This document shows, in pieces, positions 10,084 to 19,036 of a stretch of 64,000 nt of DNA. Below the pieces are notes generated by a model. That model did not search any database, was not told where the DNA came from, and saw only the letters and a list, made by a program, of their open reading frames with translations. The translations under genes were made by a program, and so were the position numbers. The stretch comes from an uncultured Actinomycetota bacterium (lineage in GTDB: Bacteria > Actinomycetota > Thermoleophilia > Solirubrobacterales > Solirubrobacteraceae): positions 1,126 to 65,125 of the forward strand of contig CAVOUS010000008.1 in the NCBI GenBank assembly GCA_963699675.1, written 5' to 3'. Within the stretch, counting starts at the first letter, position 1; the number at the start of each line of letters is the position of its first letter.

Positions 10084-10658
10084 AAATCGATCCGAAACTC
10101 GACGAGCTCGGTGATCGCCTCGAGCGATCCGCTGCCGCTGACCTGCGCTCCGAGCAGCGCACTCCCGGGGCGGTCATGGCGTGGGCGCGGCAGAGACGCT
10201 CGCGGCTGTTGGCAAGCAGCTCTCTTGGACTGGCGGGTATCGGCGCGGCCGTCGTGATCGTGCTCGGCGGCACCGCCGCAACCCCGCCGGCGTTCGCCAT
10301 CACCAGGCACGATGATGGCTCGGTGTTGGTGCAGCTCAGCGCCCAGGAGGACATCGCTCAGGCAAACCAGAAGCTTGCCACGATGGGGATCAACGAACAG
10401 ATCACGCTCTACTCCAACCCCAACCCGACCGCCGCCAGTGGGCGGGAGAATTGTGCCCCGGGTCCGGGCGCCGGGGTGCCCAATCCGCCCATCAAGGTCG
10501 TCGTCAACACAGACAACGCCGATAACACGGGCACCACCGGCGCCGTGGCCTGCGTCGTCGGGCCTCACACCTACTCGGGCCCCTACCCAGGCAACTCCGG
10601 TGACCCGGGCTCGGGCAACTCAGGTAGCACGACCGCCGGTAGCAAGAGCGCCGGTTGA
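10080..10658 (+). CDS. Single-pass membrane protein, putative anti-sigma factor
   Basis: ATGA overlap with the sigma gene; short cytoplasmic N-terminus, TM segment LGLAGIGAAVVIVLGG, extracellular PAFAITRHDDGSVLV domain with two Cys. Confidence 0.7.
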   Translation: MKIDPKLDELGDRLERSAAADLRSEQRTPGAVMAWARQRRSRLLASSSLGLAGIGAAVVIVLGGTAATPPAFAITRHDDGSVLVQLSAQEDIAQANQKLATMGINEQITLYSNPNPTAASGRENCAPGPGAGVPNPPIKVVVNTDNADNTGTTGAVACVVGPHTYSGPYPGNSGDPGSGNSGSTTAGSKSAG

Positions 10659-10985
10659 TCCACTGATGACTTCGGCGCCCGCCGGCAGCGGGCGTCGGCG
10701 AGCGCCGGATTGCGGCCTGGTCCCCTGGGGGTGGGGGCCGGGCCTCTGGTGCATGGTGGCCGCCGTGGCTGCTGGTGGCGGGGCGGTCGTTTCGAAACTG
10801 GCCGCGTCTCTTAGAGCCATCGACACTCGGACATCCCGAGCGTCCACAGCGAACGTCCGGCGCCAGCGCCCTACCGTCTCAGTTCCTAACCTCCAGCGGA
10901 CCGGGTTGCCCGGCTGGGTCTGGACCGTGTACGGGCAACTCTATGTTGGGTCGCATGGAGCAGTCGTTCGCGGCGGTAGGTCTGC

Positions 10986-12475
10986 TTAGGTGATCTGTCT
11001 GAGCACCCGCTCTACATCTCGGGGGTTGAACGGCCAGAGGAATAGGGCGCGCATGTGTCCGGTGGGGTCGATGATGAACGCGACTTCGGAGTGAGTGATG
11101 TAGTGGATCGTGATCCCGGAGATGTGTTTGGTGACGACGGACACGCCGATCTCGTAGTGCTTCCAGACGTGGGCGAGTTGAGCTGGGGAGCCGACGGCCC
11201 ATTGCCATTGGGGCACGAGCTCCCATTCGCGAAAATCTCGGAGCAGGTCCGCGCGTGTGTCGGCGTAGACGTCCACGCTGACGGCCAGGATCTCCGGCCG
11301 CTGCGATGCTGGCATCTGACGGACGACCTGATTGAGCGCCTGTGCCGTGAGCGGACAGAAATTGCGCAGAGGGGATCGATAAAGGTCACGATCACCGGCC
11401 GTCCGCGATAGGCGGTGAGCGAGACTCGCCGACCTACCTGGTCGCGCAGTGTGAACGCGGGCGCGGCCCGACGGCCGGCCGCCCAAGTGACTTGAGGGAG
11501 GGCAGGCTTCGAACTGACCCGGACGGCGGGCGCGGCATTGGCGTGGCGGAAAATGCCGACGGCGAGCACCGGTATCCCGACGGCGAGCCCGAGCAGGACC
11601 ACCACGCCGGGGACGGCCCAGCGCAGCCCGATCGGTACGCTCGTCGCGCTCGCGCCCGATTGTTCACCCACGACTGTCGGGCGCGGACGTCGTCGCCACC
11701 GGGCGACGGCAACGCCAAGCAGAAGAAGCAGGGCCGCGGTGACCGCCGTGAACACGATCACGCGATCGTCGCTATGGCGCGTGGCCGCCACTGTCGGACT
11801 GGAGCCGGCGTGCGTAGGCGAACCGACTGTGAAGCCGTCCGCTGCGGCGAGCCGACGCACCGCCGTTTGTGCGGCAGCGAGGATCCCGGCTGGGCCGGGT
11901 GCGATCCGACCTTTCGATAGGAGTCCGTAGGCGGCGGCTGTTGAATGGTTCGGCCAGTTGATGCCGAACCCGTTCGGCATCACCACGAGAAGCCGCTCCT
12001 TGTAAGTCAACGACAGCTCGATTCCCAAAAAGCGGGCGTAGATCCGCGGCTTGTGCCAGAGCTCTGTGATCGAGCCGAGGTCATAGTCAGTGGAGACGAC
12101 CGCGACGCGGATCGCGAACCCCTCGCGGTTCGCCGCACCGACGACGTCAAGCAATCGCCGGGCCGCTGCGGATTCCGAACCCGACTGGGACGTGACGAAG
12201 ACCTGTTTGGTCGTGAGGTAGTCGCTAGCGGGATCGCCGTCGGCGCGCGCGACCGCAGTAAACGCGCCGGCGCCCATGGCGACCACGAAAAGCGCCAGAA
12301 CACATCCACGCTTGATCCAGTCCGCTGCGCGCGACAACCATTTCGATGGCCGCCCTTGGTTCCCGCCGTATTGCTGCTCGTGCGTAGGGGGAGGACGGCG
12401 CCGGCCGCGATCAGCAGGAGCACGAGGAGGGTGGCCATGGCGGTCTGTCGGCGACGGGCTGTTCGGGTTGGTCAT
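10986..12475 (-). pseudogene. Secreted domain + 2 TM + SCO1/SenC copper-chaperone fusion, with a 1-nt frameshift near 11366
   Basis: APAFTLRDQVGRRVSLTAYRGRPVIVTFIDPLC continues in another frame as (R)NFCPL...ILAVSVD...ITHSEVAFIIDPTG. Restoring one C gives the SCO CxxxC (CRNFC) plus the conserved His. Confidence 0.82.
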
Positions 12476-13737
12476 TCGGCGGCTTTTTGACGGCCGGCGA
12501 GGAGAGGGAACGAGCGTTTGGCTCGCGGCGGGATGATGTAGTTGGCTCGTTTGAGGACAAACATGAACGCGTTGATCCCGTTGTTGACGGTGTCGGTGAT
12601 CGCTGGGTTTTGCAGCTGCGCGGATGACGCGTTCATCGCATTGCGGGTCGTGACGAAGTCCTCGATGGAGCGTTGGATCGAGACGAAGTGAAGCCCGGCT
12701 TGACCCCCGTCGACCGTGTTGAAGTCGCGGCGGATGATCAGTGGCTTGCCGTGCCGGCGAGCGCGGGCCGAGGTCTGGGAGTGACCGATCACGCCGTAGT
12801 GGTTGATCGCCTGGCCGAGGAGGTTGGGGTCGCTCTCGGCGTCGGTGGTGAACCGGCTGACCTCTTTGGGGGTGACCTGGGGGGCGTACATGCGGGCGAT
12901 CCGGTCTTTGGCGCTCAGTTCGCCATACCAGCTGTCAAGTCGCAGGCGCATGTAGCTGACCTGCATGGTGGTTCCGCCGGCGAATGGCCCGTCCGGCACG
13001 GTCACGGAGTCCTCGGTGGCCTGGTTTTTTCGGAGATTGGATTTGAATCCCATGAACAGCGGCGCGCCCGTGGCCACCGGCCGTCCGGCGGGGATCCCAC
13101 CGACGTTCTGATGCGCGGCGGGCAGGCCGGCACCGACAAATCCGGTCCGTGTCTCGCGCCAGACCAGCGCGCGTGAGATCTCCACGGGGCCATCGGCGCC
13201 CGGCAGCGGTTCGCCGTGAACCAGCGCGGCTTCGACGGCCGCGAGACGTTCCTCGTCGTTGCACGCGAAGTGCAGGCAGAGGTCGTAGTCGTCGATGGCC
13301 GGCAGTTCGAACTCCGATAGTCCCTTCGCGGCGGGGATCGGCGACGCGACCCGTAGGACCCGAGCGAAATAGCCTGGACCCCATCCGGCGGTGAACAGCA
13401 GCCCGTCCGGGCCCCACGGATATCGGCGCTCAAGCGTCCGTAGTGCTGCCTCCAGCACGCTCGCGTGCGCGGCAGTCGGGCCCCCGGCGATGCCGAAGAA
13501 CAGCAGCCGGTCAAACCGTGGCGCCACGGGATTGCCGTCAGCATCGCGGGTCAGGGTCGCCCCCCACGCGTGCTGGCGTGCCGGCAGGCCGTCGGGTTGG
13601 GAGCCGAGGGCGACCGGCGCAGGGGCCGGCGCGGGCGACGAGCCGTTGTTTAGGGCGCGGTCCAGGCCCACGCCGACGGCCGCGGCGCCAGCGACCACCG
13701 CGCCGGTCCCGAGCAGGAACCGCCGTCGGGTCAGCAT
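12472..13737 (-). CDS. Tat-exported DyP-peroxidase-like protein (resembles haloarchaeal DUF7405-type Tat proteins)
   Basis: Twin-arginine signal TRRRFL; LFMGFKS, FAGGTTMQVS, proximal IGHSQ, distal IIRRDF, LHFVSIQRSIEDF motifs. Confidence 0.7.
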   Translation of the reverse strand: MLTRRRFLLGTGAVVAGAAAVGVGLDRALNNGSSPAPAPAPVALGSQPDGLPARQHAWGATLTRDADGNPVAPRFDRLLFFGIAGGPTAAHASVLEAALRTLERRYPWGPDGLLFTAGWGPGYFARVLRVASPIPAAKGLSEFELPAIDDYDLCLHFACNDEERLAAVEAALVHGEPLPGADGPVEISRALVWRETRTGFVGAGLPAAHQNVGGIPAGRPVATGAPLFMGFKSNLRKNQATEDSVTVPDGPFAGGTTMQVSYMRLRLDSWYGELSAKDRIARMYAPQVTPKEVSRFTTDAESDPNLLGQAINHYGVIGHSQTSARARRHGKPLIIRRDFNTVDGGQAGLHFVSIQRSIEDFVTTRNAMNASSAQLQNPAITDTVNNGINAFMFVLKRANYIIPPRAKRSFPLLAGRQKAAE

Positions 13738-13768
13738 CGCGACCCTCGGAGTTCGGCTTGCGCGGCGT

Positions 13769-14407
13769 TCACGAGACGGGCTTCCAGTGGAAGGTGACGT
13801 TGGCGCGGTGGGGATGCAACCAAACGTTCTGATACTCGATGTGGCGCGCGGACACGGGCGGACTGACCAGGAGGCTCATCTGGTAGGTGCCCGCGCCCGG
13901 AAGGCTGACGTTGTTGCCGTAGTGGGGGCCCATGTACGCGGAGATCATCGGCCACATACGCTCGTCGTACACGACCTTTCCAGCCTTGCGGATCGTCGCC
14001 CACACGCTCGCGTAGGGAATCGCTACACCCGTGTGAGAGTCGTTGAGCATCACCATCAGGTGAAAGCTGGTGTTCTTGGGCGGCGTGATCTTCTGCTCGC
14101 GCGTGCCGTCGAACACGAAGAACGGGACCGCGGTCATCGCCTGCGCCTCGATCTTCATGCCCTGCCAAGTGGCGCTTGCCAGAGGCTGGGTCGGGACCGG
14201 CTTGATCCCGTTGACCGAGGCGACGGTCGAGCTGCCCGCCCCCGAGCCCATGTTCATCGCGGCCGTGCTCCCCGAGCCGCTTGACGCGGCCGCCACCGCG
14301 GTGGATGTTGCCTTGGTCGCGCTCGCGCAGCCCGCGATCAACACGACCGCGACGCACGCCAGCGTACCCCGGGCGGCCGTCTTGCGAGACCTACTTGTTT
14401 CAAGCAT
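13769..14407 (-). CDS. Lipoprotein of the P19/Tp34/FetP (Iron_transport-like) metal-binding family
   Basis: Lipobox IAGC; FHLM, MWPMISAYMGPHYGNNVSLPGAGTYQMSLLVSPPVSARH aligns with the family motif MPMxxxDGPHYGxNxxxxGxGxY...PP...RH. Confidence 0.8.
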   Translation of the reverse strand: MLETSRSRKTAARGTLACVAVVLIAGCASATKATSTAVAAASSGSGSTAAMNMGSGAGSSTVASVNGIKPVPTQPLASATWQGMKIEAQAMTAVPFFVFDGTREQKITPPKNTSFHLMVMLNDSHTGVAIPYASVWATIRKAGKVVYDERMWPMISAYMGPHYGNNVSLPGAGTYQMSLLVSPPVSARHIEYQNVWLHPHRANVTFHWKPVS

Positions 14408-14500
14408 CTGACATCTCCTGAAAGCTTTGGAATCGGTTCGCGGTCGCGCGAGGCCCCGCCGCTCTAACTGGGCGGGGCCTCGATCACGACTCCGCGTGGT

Positions 14501-15499
14501 TCAGACGGCGGCCGGCGAGACTTGGCGCGCGCCCGCGGCTCGCTCCGCCTCGCTCGGTACTCCTTGCTCGGACTTGATCAGCGTGTACAGCCCGAACGCC
14601 AGGACGACGAACAACAGTCCCGAGTTCGGGTCGGTAGCTCCGCCGGCGAAGATGCCGCCGAACCCCTGTCCGAGCACCCAGTAGGCGAGGTTCAGGACGA
14701 TCGCGAGAATCAAAAACGGCTTTGCCCGCCAATTGAACCCCACCGCGATCCCGATCGCCGCCGACGTGAACGCCAGCACGACCGCGATCACCAGCCCGTT
14801 GCCCTTCGCGGCATTCGCGGCCCAATCCTGGACCGTGCTCAGCCAGCTCATCCCCGACGGGGCGGCATTGATCAGATCGTGGGCGGCGTTTGCGCTGCTG
14901 TTCGGAGCGATCAGCCACAGCCACCCCATCAGCACCCACAGGATCGCCCACGCCGTCCGCGCGCCGCGCACCCCGAGCAACCCACCGGGACGCCCGTTGG
15001 GCCACACGATCGCGCCGATGATCGCGTACAGCAGCACCGCGCCGGGCGCGCCGGTGAGCGGGCTGGCCATATTCATGAACAGCATCCCGAACGCCTCCCC
15101 GAACCACCACACCACCAACGCCCACGCGAACGAGACAGCGAGCGCGGGCTTGACCGTTCGCCGCGACAGGATCCCGACCCCGATCGCAACCTGCACCAGA
15201 CCAGCCATGGTGTTGAACAGCGCCTGATGACCTTGGAGCGCGGTGGCGCCCCACGTCATGCTGTGCGTGACCCATGACGGCTGCCCCGCCGTCATCGCGG
15301 TCAGCATCGAGATAAAGCCCTTCCCGTACATGAACGACTGAAACTGCAGCGCCCCGTCCAACAGCCAGATCAGCCCCAGCACCGTCTGGATCGCACGGCG
15401 GGTATCCGAGGCGAAATACGCCCGGGCGCGAGGCACGACAGACGCGCCCGGAGAACTCCGGAGCGAGCCGGCCCCGAGGTCGGCACTACTCGTACTCAT
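14501..15499 (-). CDS. Polytopic membrane protein with internal duplication (DoxX-like halves), Met-rich
   Basis: About 8 hydrophobic segments; the halves end in WWFGEAFGMLF and YWVLGQGFGGIF...TDPNSG. Confidence 0.75.
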   Translation of the reverse strand: MSTSSADLGAGSLRSSPGASVVPRARAYFASDTRRAIQTVLGLIWLLDGALQFQSFMYGKGFISMLTAMTAGQPSWVTHSMTWGATALQGHQALFNTMAGLVQVAIGVGILSRRTVKPALAVSFAWALVVWWFGEAFGMLFMNMASPLTGAPGAVLLYAIIGAIVWPNGRPGGLLGVRGARTAWAILWVLMGWLWLIAPNSSANAAHDLINAAPSGMSWLSTVQDWAANAAKGNGLVIAVVLAFTSAAIGIAVGFNWRAKPFLILAIVLNLAYWVLGQGFGGIFAGGATDPNSGLLFVVLAFGLYTLIKSEQGVPSEAERAAGARQVSPAAV

Positions 15500-15733
15500 A
15501 TTCAGACTCCTTGAGTCGCGGAAATGGTCGGCAACCGCTGTGGTCGCCCGGGGCGGGCACGCAGCAGTCAGCCTCGACTGAGCAAACGAACACCCGTGGC
15601 GATCAGCCGCGAACGCCGCGGCCGGTCAGCCAGAAGCCCGGTCTTCGCTGACTAAATTGCGTTCAGAGTCGTCCCGGACGGACCCGACAGGCACGCGACC
15701 GACCCAAGTAAGGGCCGACCACGCACCACCGTG

Positions 15734-16345
15734 TCAGACCGGAGGACCGCGACCCGACCAACCGCCCGCCAGCGGCGCCAACCTCGGCACCAGCACATCG
15801 CGCGGGCGAAGCACCAAAACCACACACCGAGGACCCGCCGCGACCGGACGGGCACGACGCTCGGCGACCTCGTTGAGCACCCACCAGACGCCGTGAAACA
15901 CTGCCGCCAGTACCAAGCCCACGCACACCGCAGCCGGAACCGACCACATGCCGCCGTAGCCGAAGATCCCCGCCAAGCCGGCCGGATGGCCGGTCGCGAA
16001 CAGGCCCTCGAGAAACTCCTGAGACACATAGATCGCGACGAGACACGCCGAACACGCCAGCCACAACCCCGCGAACGACATCGAGTACCGCGCCACGGAA
16101 TGCTGGCCAGAAAAAGCCCGAGCCAACGCCCGCAGAAACCCGCCAACCACCAACGCGAGCAGCAACACCAGCCACGGAACGACCGAATGCAGATACGAAT
16201 GACCTGTGCGCTGAAGCTCGACGCCGGCAGCACCGCCAAACGCCAGCACATAGCGCAGCTCGTGCACCACAAACGCAGCCGGAGGCAACAACGCAACCTG
16301 CGCAAGCCCCCGAACCACCGACCGACGGTCAGCGCGCAACATCAT
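15734..16345 (-). CDS. Hypothetical membrane protein with His/Glu motifs
   Basis: About 4 TM segments; HELRY, GHSYLH, QEFLEG..GH. Confidence 0.7.
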   Translation of the reverse strand: MMLRADRRSVVRGLAQVALLPPAAFVVHELRYVLAFGGAAGVELQRTGHSYLHSVVPWLVLLLALVVGGFLRALARAFSGQHSVARYSMSFAGLWLACSACLVAIYVSQEFLEGLFATGHPAGLAGIFGYGGMWSVPAAVCVGLVLAAVFHGVWWVLNEVAERRARPVAAGPRCVVLVLRPRDVLVPRLAPLAGGWSGRGPPV

Positions 16346-16468
16346 CGATCCGACAGATTACCCGGAACCGATGTCTTTGGGGCGGGTTTGCAGCGGGCGG
16401 ACACGCAGGTAACGGTCCACTCCGCAGCGACGAGCATGCCGCCGATCGCCACCTTGGTGGAACCGGTG

Positions 16469-16590
16469 ACGTAGACCGAGCCCCCGTCCGGGCTGACCGC
16501 GACGCCGTTGGCGCCCTCCAGCGGCTCGCCGGGCGGATCCACGCAACCTGGGGATCGCGTTGTCAGACAGACAGCCCTGGAAGGTCAACT
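16469..16590 (-). pseudogene. Fragment of a beta-propeller (YVTN/lactonase-like) gene with a frameshift
   Basis: LTFQGCLSDNAIP then frame change to GCVDPPGEPLEGANGVAVSPDGGSVYVTGS, one propeller blade with no flanking gene. Confidence 0.5.
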
Positions 16591-16768
16591 GGGCCTGGGG
16601 AGCGACACTGAAAGACGAGATCGAGCTCTCCCGACAGGATGTCGCCGGGTCTCAGCGCATGGTCGCGTGCCAGCCATGTGGCCGAAAGCGGCCCCTGACC
16701 TGGCTTGATGAACGCCGTCGAGCGCAGGAGTCGCTGTGCGGTGAGGCGGTCTGTACTGTGGACTGGCA

Positions 16769-18277
16769 ATGTCGGACACTCAGGGCAAGGTCCGGCGGCC
16801 CAGCGGCCCGGATCGACGTGCCGCCACCGGCGGCAGGCTCCCCGCAAGCGCGCTCGAGGGCTTGGGAGCCGAGAGCGCCAGCGTGTTGCTGCTCGGTATG
16901 GAGGAGCTCGACGACGCATGTTGGGCTGTACTGGTCGAGGCGGGTGTTCCGCTTGAGCGCGTTGTGGATGTCGCCGGTGCGCTACGCGCCCTGACGAATG
17001 GCCCTGTTTCGGTGGTGATTGCGGGCGCGCGCTGGGCTAGCGAGCTGACGGCCGCAGTGCGGGGTCGGCGCGAGCTGGCCGAGGTTCATATCGTCGTGGG
17101 CGCGGCACTCGATTCGCCGCGCGAGTTGCGCGACGCGCTCGACGCTGGCGCCGATGACGTGATCCGCGTGCCCTTCGAACCGGAGGTGCTCGCGGCGCGC
17201 GTGGCGGCCGGGTTCCGCGCGGCGCGTTTGCGAGCCAACGAGGTCCTGCTGAGCTCGCTGGTCGCGAACATCCCCGGCGCCCTGTATCGCAGCGTTTGGG
17301 AGGCGAACTGGTTTACGATGAAGTGGCTGAGCGACGAAATCGAGGTGATCTCTGGCTACCCAGCCTCCGACTTCGTCGATAACTCCGCGCGGACGTTTGC
17401 GAGTGTGATCCATCCCGACGATCGCGAGCAGGTCGTACGGTCGGTGATAGAGGGGGAAAAGGCCGGCCGCCCGTTCACGTTGGAGTACCGGATCCAGCAC
17501 CGCGACGGCGATGTGCGCTGGGTGCTTGAACGAACTCAGGTCCGGGAGGCTGGCAACGGTCGGCGCTGGGGCGACGGAGCGATCTTCGACATCACCGTCC
17601 GCCGTGCCGCCGAGCAGGCACTGCGGGAGAGGGAGGTGGTCGACGCGCAGCTCGCCGAGGTCCGCGCCTCGCGGGCCCGCATCGTTGAAGCCGCCGACCG
17701 AGCCCGCCGCGAGATCGAGCGCAACCTCCATGACGGCGCGCAGCAGCGGTTCGTGTCAGTGGCACTGGAACTGCAACGGTGTTTGGCGCCCCACCGCGAG
17801 CTGTCCGATGACGCGCGCGGGGAGCTCGAGGGCGTGCTCACCGAACTGCGGGCCGGGCTCGCCGAGCTGCGCGACCTCGCCCGTGGCCTGCATCCGGCCG
17901 TTCTGACCGACCGCGGACTCGAGCGGGCGTTGACGACCCTCGCCGCCCACGCCACGGTGCCCGTCGAGCTTCGGGTCGCGCTTCCCGGGCCGCGGCTCGC
18001 CATGCCTGTGGAGGCCGCCGCTTACTTCACGGTCTGCGAGGCGCTGACGAACGTGGCTAAGCACGCACGCGCGACCCGTGTCTGGGTCAACGTTGAGCTC
18101 CTCGACGATCATCTCAGCGTCGAAGTGGGCGACGACGGCGCGGGTGGCGCTGACCTCAGCGCCGGCTCGGGCCTGCAGGGGCTCCGCGACCGCATCGCAG
18201 CGGTTAACGGACAGCTGACCATCGACAGTCAGCCCGGGGCCGGCACGGTCCTACGAGCGCGGCTGCCAATCGACTGA
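16769..18277 (+). CDS. Soluble sensor histidine kinase: degenerate receiver-like domain, PAS, HisKA_3, HATPase
   Basis: DALDAGADDVIRVPF; PAS SVIHPDDRE..FTLEYRIQHRDGDVRWVLE; IERNLHDGAQQR H-box; EALTNVAKHA; DDGAGG; GSGLQGLRDR. Confidence 0.9.
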   Translation: MSDTQGKVRRPSGPDRRAATGGRLPASALEGLGAESASVLLLGMEELDDACWAVLVEAGVPLERVVDVAGALRALTNGPVSVVIAGARWASELTAAVRGRRELAEVHIVVGAALDSPRELRDALDAGADDVIRVPFEPEVLAARVAAGFRAARLRANEVLLSSLVANIPGALYRSVWEANWFTMKWLSDEIEVISGYPASDFVDNSARTFASVIHPDDREQVVRSVIEGEKAGRPFTLEYRIQHRDGDVRWVLERTQVREAGNGRRWGDGAIFDITVRRAAEQALREREVVDAQLAEVRASRARIVEAADRARREIERNLHDGAQQRFVSVALELQRCLAPHRELSDDARGELEGVLTELRAGLAELRDLARGLHPAVLTDRGLERALTTLAAHATVPVELRVALPGPRLAMPVEAAAYFTVCEALTNVAKHARATRVWVNVELLDDHLSVEVGDDGAGGADLSAGSGLQGLRDRIAAVNGQLTIDSQPGAGTVLRARLPID

Positions 18278-18401
18278 TCGCACCCGAGCGGAGTACCGCA
18301 TCAACGCAGGGCTCGTCGCAGAAGCCCATGGCTGAGCGCACGCCGAGGCGGCCGATCAGAGCGACGGCATCCGGCTTCGGTCTCGTCGCAGATGCGGACG
18401 G

Positions 18402-18587
18402 CTATCGCGACGGCCACAGGATCGCTTGCGCGACTATCACGCGCTCGCCGTCGAACGTCACCGTGGGGCTGCCGTAGAGCTGGTAGCCGAGTTCGAGCGC
18501 CTCGCTCACGCGCCGGCAGAACGCGTCATCGTCGGGGCCGGTCAGGAGTCGGTAGGACGGCAGGCCATCCGGCGGTGGATTCGGCAC
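18402..18587 (-). CDS. DUF1737 small protein
   Basis: YRLLTGPDDDAFCRRVSEALELGYQLYGSPTVTFDGERVIVAQAILW signature. Confidence 0.85.
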   Translation of the reverse strand: MPNPPPDGLPSYRLLTGPDDDAFCRRVSEALELGYQLYGSPTVTFDGERVIVAQAILWPSR

Positions 18588-18692
18588 CGATGCATCGTCT
18601 CACAGGGCTCGACGCTGACTCCCGGACCCGGGAACCACGTGGATCCACGCTCAGCCGTGGGGTTCGGTGCCGCAAGCAAGGTTGGGACTGCC

Positions 18693-18831
18693 AGATCTTG
18701 GAAGTTATCGGTCGGCACCGTAACGGACTCGCGCAGTAGGTGTCCGATGTGCTCAGGGTCGAATACCACCGCGTCCGATCGCCTGCGCGTGATCTCCGTG
18801 ACCAATGTTGTCTTGCCGTATCCCGCGAACG
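18693..18831 (-). pseudogene. N-terminal remnant of a TmrB-like (tunicamycin-resistance-type) P-loop protein
   Basis: FAGYGKTTLVTEITRRRSDAVVFDPEHIGHLLRESVTVPTDNFQDL matches the GxFGxGKT...YDPEExG..LR....DFQDL pattern; no proper start and no C-terminus. Confidence 0.6.
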
Positions 18832-19036
18832 TCGTCCGAGGACCGGCGAGACGCGATGAGCCCGTTGTGACGGTCCAGCGCGCCGTCACCATATGAGGCG
18901 ACCTCACTCGACATCATCGTGGAGGACCCGGGGGGCTCGTGCTGCTCGGCGACGCCCCTAGCTTGTTCAAGATCAGGGCTGGAACCTCGTGCTCTCCGGG
19001 CCGCGGTGATGCGCGGCCCGGAGATGACGCGGTTGA

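Noticed and set aside
10659-10985. Several overlapping short ORFs between the anti-sigma and SCO genes
   Set aside because: None has a recognisable motif, RBS or consistent coding pattern
11304-11312. CGATGCTGG match to the tRNA-Val 3' region as a possible attL
   Set aside because: Only 9 bp, inside a coding region, expected by chance
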